Counted from the stretch's first letter, positions 37,875 to 48,115 are shown. The stretch is 64,000 nt of DNA from Candidatus Iainarchaeum sp. (GCA_018304465.1 JAGVWC010000008.1:64001-128000), one strand, 5' to 3'. Numbers and translations: made by a program. The notes: generated from the sequence alone by a model not told the origin.

Positions 37875-38219
37875 TTTTTTCACCAAGAACAATAACTCAA
37901 AACCGGTATTTTAATGCTTCGGACAAACCGGCTTTGCCTGCAAAGTGGTTCTGCCCACAACGCCCAAAACGTGCCCCTACAGGGAGTGGTCAGAGGATAA
38001 ACAAGAAAAACCCGTGGCTTGCAGGAACCCACCGTATTGTTTTTATGGCGGGGGTAATAATCCGCTTTGGCTATTGGGACCAAAAGTTATTGCTCAGTTG
38101 GTGGGCGTTTTACTGATTATTTATTCGCTTGAAGAAAAGAACATTTATTCGAACGCGATTGTTGCTATTTGCGTTCCAGTCCGCGCCAATCGCAATGTCG
38201 ATTGCTTTTGTAGAGTTTA

Positions 38220-41207
38220 TCATCCGCGTCCTGATTTTTTGAACACAAAAAACAACCCGGCTCCCACTACGAAGATGATGAGGATAAAGGGTACGAGGTT
38301 TTCGGGTTTTTTGGCTTCTTCAATTGCGGCTTTGATTTCCGGAGTCACGACTTTTTCCAAGTCAAAAAACTTTGAATTTGAATCAGGCGGATATGTGGGG
38401 TTCGAGTTATTGCTTATCTCGGTCGTGTTCGTAATCAAAGACGGTTTTGGTTGTGGAAAATAACTATTTCCTGAGTCGATGGGTGCGTCGCCTGGATTGA
38501 TTTGGTAGGTGGCCGTGTGAGTGGTTTCGATGTTTCCCGCGGAGTCGGTGCCGTTGTAATCGATTGTCCAGGTTCCGTTTCCGCTGATTGAAACGGCGCT
38601 TGAATAAGTTGTCCATACTCCTGAGTTGATGCGGTACTTGATCGTACTACAGCCTGAAAGCGGGTCGACACAGGTGATTTGAAACTCTGTCGGGTTTTGA
38701 GCGCCATCAACGGGATTGATGGTGGTTGTAGGCGCAGTCTTGTCAATCATCGCGTAATACGCAGTCGGTTCGCCAGTGTTGGAATCATTTCCGGCAACAT
38801 CCGTAGAATAAAATTGGATTGCGGTGTTGGCATCGGTAGAAATCAAGACGTTGGAATCGTACGTTTGCCACGTGCCCCACGTGATGGCCGAACTTGTATC
38901 TGAATCGATGCGATATTTCGTGGTTGAACAGCCTGAGTTTCCGTCTATGCAGGTAAGATGCAGGTTGGCATCGGTGGTTTGCCAGCCTGCGTTTCCATCC
39001 CAAGTTGCTGTTGGTTTATTGGTGTCAAAGGATAGTGTGTTGGTTTGGGTTCCAGCCGCCACATTAATGTCAAGCACAACGGTTTGTGCGGACGAATTAC
39101 ACGAAATTTCGGTGGCGGAATAGTTTCTGTCGATGGATCCGCTTTGATTTTTATAGTTTGCCCAGTTGGCATTCGTGCACGTCAATTCGCCTGTGAAATC
39201 GGTGATTGATTGGAGGTTCACATCAGTCACTAATTCGCTTGCGAATTGCACTGTGACTAAGCCAGTAATGCCCGTATTGGAAGTGGCAGTTACGGGGTTT
39301 GGTGTGTTTGAATCCAATGTCGTTGAAACCGTCAATTTGGCCACGTTGGAATCGCTGTCATGCGTAGCGTATGAAGCATTGTAGTCTGCCCACGCGGTTC
39401 TGGCTTCGGCGAGTGTAACCAATGTTGAATCTGCTCCGATTCTTCCGAAAGGACTGGACGCAGTCGTGTTGTTCACGTCATATGTGTTTTGGTTGACAAG
39501 GTTTCCACCAAGTTCATTTCCATTGTCTGAAAAGCTAAAAATAGATCCAGTTGGACCCACCACTTTTATGCGATTCAGTCGATGAATCGTGTTTTGGTTT
39601 TTCCAGTTTGCTGAATCATCGCTTCCTCCGAGTCCGCTTCCTTTTGCGACCACGTAATTGTTCTGAGCGACACAGGTGGCGCAACCCTTGAACATGATTG
39701 CGGATCCACCCGATGTACGGGTTTCAATTGTGTTTTTTTCAAACAATACATTGAACGAGCCTTTGAAAACGACTCCGTTTTCTTTCGGAGACACGAAATG
39801 ATTGTTTCGGATGATTATTTGGTTTCCGTCGTTTAGGTTGGTTCCGATGACGGCGGCATGTCCAGATGTGGCGGTAGATTCAAAATAAGAGTTTTCAATC
39901 GTTCCCCAAGTCGAGGTTCCTAAAGTGGCTTGAGTTGCTTGGGTCAAGGGAATGTTAAAAGTGTAAACCCCGCCCACAATTCGCACATTTTGTATCAAAA
40001 AATTGGGAGCGCCGTTGAGGTAAATTCCGTATGGTCCCGGTGCCCCTGTTTGGGAAAAATTCGAATCTTTAACGACGAGGTTCCAGAAGTGGTTAGTGGT
40101 TTTGCTTGCAGTAATATTAATTCCGGAAAGCGCAGCCGCTGTGTTGGTGGTTGCATTCAAAAAATTGCATTGTTCGAAATTGATGTCTCGAACATCGTTC
40201 GAACCAGTTGTATTATTCGGGTTGTACCAAAACGGGGCATATCCATACGTATCTCCTTGGTCAAAAGTAACCCGTTTGAACACCAAATTATTAACGTCCA
40301 CATCAACAGCCGAATAGTTTAGTGTGAAAGCCGATCCAGCATTGGTCATGATTCGATCAATAAGAATATCTCCGTTTGACCACGTCGTGGCTGTGGAAGT
40401 GGCTCGTACTCCAACGAAAAAATAATCTATTGCCGTAAGAGTAGGGCTTCCTTTTTGGTTGTTGGTTCTCTGTCCTTTGATATGATTCCATTGATCAGCA
40501 GTTAGATTTGCTTTGTTGATGGGGTGTTCGAAATAATTGTTTTCGTCAGACCCAACTCGAACCACAATTGAATTAGTATCTACGAGTTTGGCGAGTGTGG
40601 CTGCATCTTTGATATAAATGGAAAAACTCATGTTACTGCCAATATTATAATATCTTGAAGTGACTTCTTTGGCTGCGTTCGCGTCTATCGATAAGGTTCC
40701 GGTTTTGGTTAAATTGAGTGATCCAGTCCCCTCGTAAAATGTCGTAGTGTTCACCGTCAAAGTCAAGTCCGCGCTCGAATTGAAATCCGCATTGCTATCC
40801 GCATTGGAAACAACGACTTGTCTTGACGCAAAATTAAGGTCTTCAAAAGTAATATTTCTTGTATGACCTGCTACTCGAATCGGTGTATCGTTAGAACTTG
40901 CACCCCCCACTAATCCCGTAATGAGTCCACTGATACTGGCTTGGTTTTCGTCGTGACGAAAAGTCACCATGTTGGTGTATGATTGAGAAATTTGCAGCAT
41001 TCCAGAATTGTTCTCGATGTACGTTCCGTTTCGCCACCACACAATCACTGTGTCCGTGGCCGCAGGCGTAACCGAACCCGTCAACGCCGCCGAAAAAGTC
41101 GTCCAAGCATCCGTCCAACTCGTTCCGTTTGCAGCACCAGTGGCGGTGGGATCAATGAAACGCTCCGTGACCGCGTTGGCGTTAACAGCCAAGCAAAGCA
41201 AGAGCAA
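38220..41207 (-). CDS. Large surface protein: parallel beta-helix-like region, Ig-like repeats, C-terminal TM anchor
   Basis: FIDPTATGAANGTSWTDAW, T/N/S-rich, repeated C.D..SGCST..YRI and STD.AGN.E; start possibly ATA at 41231. Confidence 0.8.
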   Translation of the reverse strand: MLLLCLAVNANAVTERFIDPTATGAANGTSWTDAWTTFSAALTGSVTPAATDTVIVWWRNGTYIENNSGMLQISQSYTNMVTFRHDENQASISGLITGLVGGASSNDTPIRVAGHTRNITFEDLNFASRQVVVSNADSNADFNSSADLTLTVNTTTFYEGTGSLNLTKTGTLSIDANAAKEVTSRYYNIGSNMSFSIYIKDAATLAKLVDTNSIVVRVGSDENNYFEHPINKANLTADQWNHIKGQRTNNQKGSPTLTAIDYFFVGVRATSTATTWSNGDILIDRIMTNAGSAFTLNYSAVDVDVNNLVFKRVTFDQGDTYGYAPFWYNPNNTTGSNDVRDINFEQCNFLNATTNTAAALSGINITASKTTNHFWNLVVKDSNFSQTGAPGPYGIYLNGAPNFLIQNVRIVGGVYTFNIPLTQATQATLGTSTWGTIENSYFESTATSGHAAVIGTNLNDGNQIIIRNNHFVSPKENGVVFKGSFNVLFEKNTIETRTSGGSAIMFKGCATCVAQNNYVVAKGSGLGGSDDSANWKNQNTIHRLNRIKVVGPTGSIFSFSDNGNELGGNLVNQNTYDVNNTTASSPFGRIGADSTLVTLAEARTAWADYNASYATHDSDSNVAKLTVSTTLDSNTPNPVTATSNTGITGLVTVQFASELVTDVNLQSITDFTGELTCTNANWANYKNQSGSIDRNYSATEISCNSSAQTVVLDINVAAGTQTNTLSFDTNKPTATWDGNAGWQTTDANLHLTCIDGNSGCSTTKYRIDSDTSSAITWGTWQTYDSNVLISTDANTAIQFYSTDVAGNDSNTGEPTAYYAMIDKTAPTTTINPVDGAQNPTEFQITCVDPLSGCSTIKYRINSGVWTTYSSAVSISGNGTWTIDYNGTDSAGNIETTHTATYQINPGDAPIDSGNSYFPQPKPSLITNTTEISNNSNPTYPPDSNSKFFDLEKVVTPEIKAAIEEAKKPENLVPFILIIFVVGAGLFFVFKKSGRG

Positions 41208-41458
41208 TAGTCCGACTATTTTTTTCTGTATTTTTTCACCTTTACCGGAACAACAATTTAATCAAACCCCAGAAAAACATAATAATCCCTATCAAGCCGT
41301 ACCATAGGGGAAAAACCGAAAAGCACGAATTGGGCATTACGCCCAGATTCTGCCCGCAACGAAACCAAGTTGCCCGCAAAGTCGAAAATTAATCAGGCGT
41401 TATAGACAAAGCCAAACCGGGCAAAACCATTAAAAATCGCAAAAACCATCAAAGATAC

Positions 41459-43156
41459 ATGCGCGTAACCGCAGTTCTATTGACCGTGCTTTTTTTCACC
41501 GCGACCGCCTGCGCACAACTCGAAATCAACCCCAACACCGTCGGAGAAATGAAAGCGCACGTGCAAATGCATGTTTCCGGCGGGTTTTCCGGAGACCTCA
41601 CCAGCCAAGATACCATGACCATCAAACTGCTCACGTTCCAAAACTATCCGGGACAAACCGTCGAGCAAAACAGCGAAAAACTCGTGATTCAAAACCAAAC
41701 CATCGAACCCCGATACGAAACCATCGAAGGAAACCGATACGCCGTATTCGAACTCAAAAACCTCGTGCAATACCTCCAAGACCCGTCGTTTGACATCTAT
41801 TCAGACGCCATCATCAAAACCCGCGCGCGATTCGCGCTCCACCAGGATTACAACTTGACACGACCCATGACCGAAAACACCGAATTCATTTTGCCCAGCG
41901 ATTACATCGAGTCGGATGATGCCACTTTATCCGCCAAAGTCCAACTCGAATTCCAAAGCGCCTCGGAACTCGAAACCATCCGACACATCACGGAATGGGT
42001 GCACGAAAACATCGCGTACGATTACGGAACCTATTACAACGGCGTGTGGAGCGCGCGACAAACATACGAAAACCGCGCCGGAGTATGCGACGAATTCGCG
42101 AATCTCACCGCCGCTTTTTTACGGATCAAAAAAATCCCCACCCGATACGTCACCGGCATCAGTTTTGACGGACAACGATTCGGGAACCATGGTTGGACCG
42201 AAAGCTACTTGCCCGGAACCGGCTGGATCGGAGTCGACGCCACGTACGGAGAAGCCGGATACCTCGACGCCATGCACGTCGCGCTTGGAAAAACCACCGA
42301 CACGAACCAACTCAAAAACGTGCTGATTTTCACCACGTCGGTGAATGGAATCGACGTCACCGCAAGCCTTCAAGACCCCTACGTGGACCTCAATTCCCTT
42401 GAATTCCAGACGATCAGCAATCTTGTGGTGCTTCGATTCATCCAGCATCCCCGCGCCGGACTCAACCAAAACATCCAGTTCCAAGCCGAACTCACCAACC
42501 TCACCGACAGCACGATTATCATTCCAGCGGAACTCGCGTTACACCCCGATTTTTCCATCAGCCAAGGATCCAAACAAATCCTGTTGCTTCCCAACGAAAA
42601 AAAAACCGTTTCCTGGACCGCCACCACCCCAAAAACCGGAAAACCCGGTTACATCACGACATACGGAGTACGCCTCGCATTACCCGATCAAACCATCGAA
42701 AGCAAAATCGAAATCCGCCCCGACGTAAAAGTCAATGACCCCATTTCCCAAGACGCGATCCAAGTACTGGATGTGAGCCCCATGGTCGAAAACGACGCGT
42801 TTACGATTCAAACCCAAATTCAAAACACCAGCACCAAAACCATTCCCGTAACCATCGAACTGGTCCAAGGAACCCGACGCGTCCAATCCCAAGCACCCAT
42901 CGAACCCCAGCAAACCCTTCGAATGAATGTCCGGTTTCCCGACCCGGTTCCCGGTTCGCTTTTGGTTTCCATTCAAGGCGACAAAAACCACGCGTATTCT
43001 TTTATGATTCCCGAACCCAAACCCGCTTCAAAACCCGATCCGGACACCCCGCCCGATTCCAACATTCAAACACCCGCACCACCGGAAGAAACCAATTCGT
43101 TTTTGGACGCTTTGTGGAACGCGCTGAAAAACTTTTTCAAAGCGATTTTCGGATAA
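41459..43156 (+). CDS. Secreted transglutaminase-like (Cys-His-Asp) protein
   Basis: Signal peptide; GVCDEFA, HGWTE, GWIGVDAT. Confidence 0.88.
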   Translation: MRVTAVLLTVLFFTATACAQLEINPNTVGEMKAHVQMHVSGGFSGDLTSQDTMTIKLLTFQNYPGQTVEQNSEKLVIQNQTIEPRYETIEGNRYAVFELKNLVQYLQDPSFDIYSDAIIKTRARFALHQDYNLTRPMTENTEFILPSDYIESDDATLSAKVQLEFQSASELETIRHITEWVHENIAYDYGTYYNGVWSARQTYENRAGVCDEFANLTAAFLRIKKIPTRYVTGISFDGQRFGNHGWTESYLPGTGWIGVDATYGEAGYLDAMHVALGKTTDTNQLKNVLIFTTSVNGIDVTASLQDPYVDLNSLEFQTISNLVVLRFIQHPRAGLNQNIQFQAELTNLTDSTIIIPAELALHPDFSISQGSKQILLLPNEKKTVSWTATTPKTGKPGYITTYGVRLALPDQTIESKIEIRPDVKVNDPISQDAIQVLDVSPMVENDAFTIQTQIQNTSTKTIPVTIELVQGTRRVQSQAPIEPQQTLRMNVRFPDPVPGSLLVSIQGDKNHAYSFMIPEPKPASKPDPDTPPDSNIQTPAPPEETNSFLDALWNALKNFFKAIFG

Positions 43157-43216
43157 TAGTAAAAGCATTAAAAAGGTTCTTTAGGCAGAAATAGATAGAA
43201 CACGAATTATTGAAAA

Positions 43217-43287
43217 GCGCTCGTTGTTTAATGGTAGAATGCGACGTTGCCAACGTCGTGGCCCGGGTCCGATTCCCGGCGGGCGCA
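43217..43287 (+). tRNA. tRNA-Gly(GCC)
   Basis: GCGCTCG/CGGGCGC acceptor, CGACG-TTGCCAA-CGTCG; T-loop reads TCCGATT. Confidence 0.9.
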
Positions 43288-43297
43288 CACATATTTT

Positions 43298-44032
43298 TTA
43301 TCGCGGCTTCATCGCGATCAACCGCACGAAAGGTTTTTCCGAATACATCAAATCCGGATCCGACAACATCCGCTCCACCGCTTTTCGGCCTTCCGGAGTC
43401 TGATTCCCTTTTCGAGCCAAAAGCTTTTGACGCACCGCTTGAATGGAAACCCGTTTGTCATGGTCCAGTGCCGCCTGAAAAGATTTTGCGGTCAACGTCA
43501 GTCTAAGCAAGCGAATGTTTTTTGCCATATCCAGTTTCGCTTGCGCGTTCATTTTGCTGTTTTCGCTTCCGATGCCAAGCAATTCCCTGGGCGTCAACCG
43601 CTTCATCTTGACGACAAAACCCGCGGCCACCAATTCGGACCGAAACTGCGGACCGTAATGCGCCTCGTCCACCGTGGTAAAACGCGCGCCCGGTTGAAGG
43701 GTTCGAAACAATTCCGCGTGCAATTTTTTTCGGACTTCAAAACCGACGTGTTGCAGCAAAAAATGCGCGTACACATGCGAAAAATAATTCGCGGGACGCG
43801 CCAAAAGATACGCCACCGCATCGGTTTTGCTCAAAACCGTCAAATTCGTCGGTTTTTCCTTCGCGCCTCTTTCACGCAACAAACGCCCATAATCCACTTT
43901 CGGCAAAGAATCCACGCCGACGAATTCCGTTTTCGAATGACGGGGATTTAGGGCAAAATCAACGATTTTCGACGGCCAAAGCCCTGTCCCAAGCTCTCCT
44001 ACCCGACGAACCCGACGCACCATGTCATCCAT
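43298..44032 (-). CDS. Class I SAM-methyltransferase-like orphan
   Basis: MVRRVRR leader, VGELGTG (motif I), FVGVD, LFRTLQPGARF. Confidence 0.65.
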   Translation of the reverse strand: MDDMVRRVRRVGELGTGLWPSKIVDFALNPRHSKTEFVGVDSLPKVDYGRLLRERGAKEKPTNLTVLSKTDAVAYLLARPANYFSHVYAHFLLQHVGFEVRKKLHAELFRTLQPGARFTTVDEAHYGPQFRSELVAAGFVVKMKRLTPRELLGIGSENSKMNAQAKLDMAKNIRLLRLTLTAKSFQAALDHDKRVSIQAVRQKLLARKGNQTPEGRKAVERMLSDPDLMYSEKPFVRLIAMKPR

Positions 44033-44729
44033 CCGATTTTTTCAAAAACGGTTCCAGTTTTTTCCAGATCTCGACCCCGATTTCTTCTTTCGAACGGATC
44101 ACCCATTCTCCGTCCTCCAAAAAAGCGCAATCGATCCAAATCCAATTCGAATCCTCTTTCGCCAATCGTTTGTAAATCTCGAACGTCCGGTTCAAATACG
44201 CTTCATCGGACTCGTGAACGTCTTTTGTTTTTCCCTTGCGATACTCTTGTTTTCGGTCCGCGCCTTCCAGCATCGAACGGCTGGCCTTGGGCGGAAGATT
44301 CAAAAAAATCGTCTTGAACGGCTTTGGCAAACGCGACTCGACGCCTTTAACCCACTTGATAAAACCGTCTTGATCCGGCTTGGACAAATACTTTCCGCCT
44401 TGATGCGCGAAATTGGAGGCCGAAAAACGATCGCACACGACGTTGATTCCCAGATTCAATCGGCGCTCCAATTCAATCTTGAAATCATACCGATCCAGGG
44501 CATACAATAGCGCCACGAACTCGGGAGACAGCTCCTCTTTTGTCCCAAACTCGCCCGCCAGATACTGCCCCACCAGTCGACCAAAACGCTCGGTGTACCG
44601 CGGAAACCCCGAATGCTCCGCCACAAACCCTTTGCGCTGCAACCGGTCCAACAACAATTTTGATTGCGTGGCTTTTCCAGACCCGTCCGTTCCCTCAAAA
44701 ACAATCAATCGACCCGTCAAATCCATCAC
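44025..44729 (-). CDS. tmk: Thymidylate kinase
   Basis: FEGTDGSGKATQ, FPRY, LLYALDR, CDRF. Confidence 0.92.
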   Translation of the reverse strand: MMDLTGRLIVFEGTDGSGKATQSKLLLDRLQRKGFVAEHSGFPRYTERFGRLVGQYLAGEFGTKEELSPEFVALLYALDRYDFKIELERRLNLGINVVCDRFSASNFAHQGGKYLSKPDQDGFIKWVKGVESRLPKPFKTIFLNLPPKASRSMLEGADRKQEYRKGKTKDVHESDEAYLNRTFEIYKRLAKEDSNWIWIDCAFLEDGEWVIRSKEEIGVEIWKKLEPFLKKSDG

Positions 44730-44807
44730 CGACTATAAAACCGAAGATACCATCAATAAAAAGTATTAAAATGATTCCCGAAACCAAGATGTATACCACT
44801 GTTTTTC

Positions 44808-44878
44808 GCGTTCGTGGTCTAGCGGTATGATGAGAGCCTTCCAAGCTCTGGGTCCGGGTTCAACTCCCGGCGGACGCA
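44808..44878 (+). tRNA. tRNA-Gly(UCC)
   Basis: GCGTTCG/CGGACGC acceptor, AGAGC-CTTCCAA-GCTCT, TTCAACT. Confidence 0.95.
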
Positions 44879-44995
44879 TTCTTTTACCAAAGAAAAAAAA
44901 TAACCCGATTTTGCTGCATAATATTACGCCACCCCTTTTGATGGTGCTTGTTTAAAAAGTTCTGGAAGTGGGTTTTTGTTTAAAAAAATAGGGCC

Positions 44996-45607
44996 CTAGT
45001 TTTTATCGGTTGCGCGTCGTCCCGGGCTTTTTCGGCGTTCTGCATATTTCAGAGGACCATAGCGCTTGCCGCCCTTATCCCGCTTTCGTCGTTCAGTTAA
45101 ATACATTTTTCCTACCTGTACGCGGGGAACAGTGCGGCCCTTCCCCGAACCGATACCTTCGGGCACGTACAGTTTTCCTTTGTATTCTATCTTATGAAAT
45201 CGTCTTTTATTTTTTAAAGATTGGAAATCCTTTTTGTCCATTACAATAATCCGATTCTGTGAGCCGCGTCGTGTAAAAGATCTCCCTTGTTTTTCGTCTT
45301 GCTGGATTTGTTTCAAGAGTGCTTCCTTTGCCCCGTTTGGAATCTCCGCGTACCACTTAACAATCCCCCGTTGCGATTGTCGGCGTTCGTTTCCAGACCG
45401 CCGCGTAATGGTTTCTTTTCTTCTATCCACTTTTCCGGTTCGTCTTTCTCCTTGCCGTCGGTTGTTCGTCGCGCCTTCCTGTTGCCGCCAATAAATCGGC
45501 ACTATTCCACCTTCATTTGGGCGGGTAACTGTGCCTATGCTATTAATCTTGACTCTGCGTTCGACCATTCTTCTGTCGCCCACTTTTTTGGCAATTGGTT
45601 TTGACAT
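44996..45607 (-). CDS. Basic orphan with repeated [ED]RR motifs
   Basis: DRRMVERR; NRRQGERRTGKVDRR; RRSGNERR; AERRKSPGRRATD. Confidence 0.7.
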   Translation of the reverse strand: MSKPIAKKVGDRRMVERRVKINSIGTVTRPNEGGIVPIYWRQQEGATNNRRQGERRTGKVDRRKETITRRSGNERRQSQRGIVKWYAEIPNGAKEALLKQIQQDEKQGRSFTRRGSQNRIIVMDKKDFQSLKNKRRFHKIEYKGKLYVPEGIGSGKGRTVPRVQVGKMYLTERRKRDKGGKRYGPLKYAERRKSPGRRATDKN

Positions 45608-45743
45608 AATGCAAAATAAAGGCACTTGCTATTTTTAACGTTGCTGGCTTTTAAACAACCGCGCCTGGTTTTGCCTTCCAATATTACTCCCCAACCCCTT
45701 TCGACCCATACGTCTAAAAATACCGAAATACACAATACAAAGC

Positions 45744-46532
45744 ATGCCAAAGCCACGAAAAGAAAGACCCGGTGGAAAAGAAAACAGAAAAAAAAAGGCC
45801 ATTCAAGCATTTCGGGACGCACATGACCGATTCGTTAAATCACAACAACAGTACCGAATCGAACAAAAAAAATACCGCTTATTGCTTGAATCCGAAAAGT
45901 GGCTTTCCCCTTTGCGAATGGCCCGACACGGAAACCAACTGGCTTGGCGCGCGATTACTTCGCTTCAACACGAGCAAGAATTCCATAACGCGATGTTTCG
46001 CTTGGCGATCGATTATCCCGATACCATCCGGTTACCGGATTGGATCAATCGCCGCATGATCGAAGCCGCCGCGAACCTGGAAGAAATGGAAACACTTCGC
46101 GACGAAAGCCAGCGAAACTTTAATTCGTTCCGAGAAATCTGGAAAGTCGCAGTCCCGCGTCTCGTCAAAGCCGTCAAAGCCACTCCCAGATACGAACAAC
46201 TGCGAATGCACCTGCGCGAAAAACGCAAGCTGGCGGTTCAAGCGGAAGAAAGCTTCGACCAGTTCGCGCAAAAAATCTGGGCGGACCCCAAAATTTCAGA
46301 TCCGCAAAAAGTCCGGTCGCTTGCGGAAGCCGAAACCTTCGTTTCCAACGCCAAAATGGTCCAAGAAGAAACCGAAATTCATTTTATTCAATTCGCACGC
46401 GCCGTCGCGGTAAAAGTGAACGCCTCCCACGGACCCAAAATCTCGCAAAGCCTCATCGATGAACTCGCACGACAGATATACACCCACCGGCAACTGGCCA
46501 GAATTTACTCTACTCGCGGAAGGACCCGATGA
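45744..46532 (+). CDS. Helical orphan with basic N-terminus
   Basis: MPKPRKERPGGKENRKKK; ATGA overlap with rnp4. Confidence 0.7.
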   Translation: MPKPRKERPGGKENRKKKAIQAFRDAHDRFVKSQQQYRIEQKKYRLLLESEKWLSPLRMARHGNQLAWRAITSLQHEQEFHNAMFRLAIDYPDTIRLPDWINRRMIEAAANLEEMETLRDESQRNFNSFREIWKVAVPRLVKAVKATPRYEQLRMHLREKRKLAVQAEESFDQFAQKIWADPKISDPQKVRSLAEAETFVSNAKMVQEETEIHFIQFARAVAVKVNASHGPKISQSLIDELARQIYTHRQLARIYSTRGRTR

Positions 46533-46855
46533 ACAAACCCAAAACCAAAAACTTCGTCGAACAACTCGCCACCGAGCGAATCGAGCGATTGTTCCAGCTT
46601 GCCTCCGAAGAATTTTCCTACAATCCGCACTACAGCCACGAATGGACAAAACTCGCGCTACGCATCGGAACCCGAAACCGCGTGCGGATGCCCGATCAAC
46701 TCAAAACCGCGTACTGCAAAAAATGCCGCTCGTTTTTGGTCGAAGGAAAAAACAAGGCAACAACCGTCCAAAAAAACTGGATTATGATTGAATGCCAAGA
46801 ATGCCACCAGCGGTTCAAGCGGAAAAAACCATTAAATACCACGCGACCGCAATAA
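46529..46855 (+). CDS. rnp4: RNase P protein component 4 (Rpp21)
   Basis: ERIERLF, YCKKC, CQEC zinc ribbon. Confidence 0.9.
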   Translation: MNKPKTKNFVEQLATERIERLFQLASEEFSYNPHYSHEWTKLALRIGTRNRVRMPDQLKTAYCKKCRSFLVEGKNKATTVQKNWIMIECQECHQRFKRKKPLNTTRPQ

Positions 46856-47185
46856 CAGCACGAACCCAACGCGATTCTTATGACAGACGAAACCATTCCC
46901 ATTTTCCCGAACAATACGGAACCGGAACCCAAAGAAAAAAAATGTTTAAACGAAAACATGAGCAGAACAGTACAAGAAACGAATCCAAAATATAAAAAAC
47001 TTGGCCAAAAAACGCGTTTTGACCGCGATTTTGGACACCCGAATACGTTTAAAAACCTGTTTGAAGATTAAGTAGTAATACAAAAAACCGCTTTTTTGGT
47101 TTCCTTTTAAAGGTCAAGCCAAAGTGCCGAAAGGCGCAAAAAAAGCACTTGTAATTCAATCATTTTTCTAGCCGAGGAACCTATC

Positions 47186-47776
47186 ATGAAAAAAGTGACC
47201 GCATTCGACGTGCCCAGCGCACTGCTCATTGAAGACATTGCCGCCCAATTAACCCAAAGCCCGGGATTCAAACAACCCGCATTTATTGAATTCGTTAAAA
47301 GCGGCGCCCACCGAGAACGCGCGCCTAGCCGAGCCGATTGGTACTCGATCCGAATGGCATCTGTTTTGTACCGCGTCTACAAAGACGGTCCCCTTGGAAC
47401 CGAATCCTTACGAACCTATTACGGCGGACGAAAAAACCGCGGTGTTCGACCCCACAAATTTACCAAAGCATCCGGAAAAGTCATCCGATTATGCCTTCAA
47501 ACCCTTGAAAAAGAAGGATTCATCAAAAAAGCCAAAAAAGGACGCGAAGTCACTGGCAAAGGCCAAGCGCTTTTAACCAAAACCGCCAATGACCTTTACC
47601 CGAACATCGAAAACCGGGTCAAGCAAATGGTCGAAAATCGAAAAGCAAGACACGTCGAACGACTCAATCGCGAACGCGAAACCAAAGCCGCCGGAGCCAT
47701 GACGAAGCGACCGGAAGACGACAGAAAAAAAGACGGTAAAAAGTCGGACCGACCCAAAAAAGAAGGCAAAGAATAA
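47186..47776 (+). CDS. rps19e: 30S ribosomal protein S19e with C-terminal extension
   Basis: VKSGAHRERAP, WYSIRMAS, YGGRKNRGVRP. Confidence 0.95.
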   Translation: MKKVTAFDVPSALLIEDIAAQLTQSPGFKQPAFIEFVKSGAHRERAPSRADWYSIRMASVLYRVYKDGPLGTESLRTYYGGRKNRGVRPHKFTKASGKVIRLCLQTLEKEGFIKKAKKGREVTGKGQALLTKTANDLYPNIENRVKQMVENRKARHVERLNRERETKAAGAMTKRPEDDRKKDGKKSDRPKKEGKE

Positions 47777-48100
47777 ATGAACGATGAAACCGACGAATCG
47801 TTTTCGAACACCAAAGAGGAGTACAAAAAAAGATTGATGGAAAAACAAGCGCAATCACAAGCCGAACAAGAAACCGCGCAAAAAATCGACGCCTTGTTGC
47901 GATCGATTCTTGAAACCGCGGCCAAAGAACGGTTATCCAACGTGCGCTTGGTCAACCCGGAACTGTATATGAAAGCAACGCAAGCCATATTGTTTCTTGC
48001 GCAAAACAAACAGTTCTCGGGAAAAATCAGCGGAGAACAACTCAAACAAATATTGCAACGATTAAGCCAAAAACGAGAAACCAGCATCAAACGAAAATAA
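47777..48100 (+). CDS. PDCD5-family DNA-binding protein
   Basis: AKERLSNVRLVNPE; conserved position after S19e. Confidence 0.88.
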   Translation: MNDETDESFSNTKEEYKKRLMEKQAQSQAEQETAQKIDALLRSILETAAKERLSNVRLVNPELYMKATQAILFLAQNKQFSGKISGEQLKQILQRLSQKRETSIKRK

Positions 48101-48115
48101 AAAAAGGGATGAACT

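Noticed and set aside
37880-38223. Short ORFs downstream of the large surface gene, including a 37-aa minus-strand ORF starting at 38223
   Set aside because: No supporting signals; at most a gene remnant
43276-44878. Similar 3' ends flanking tmk and the methyltransferase, resembling attL/attR
   Set aside because: Both are complete tRNA-Gly isoacceptors; no integrase is present
46880-47071. 63-aa ORF between rnp4 and rps19e
   Set aside because: No motif or SD; not YhbY-like; probably intergenic
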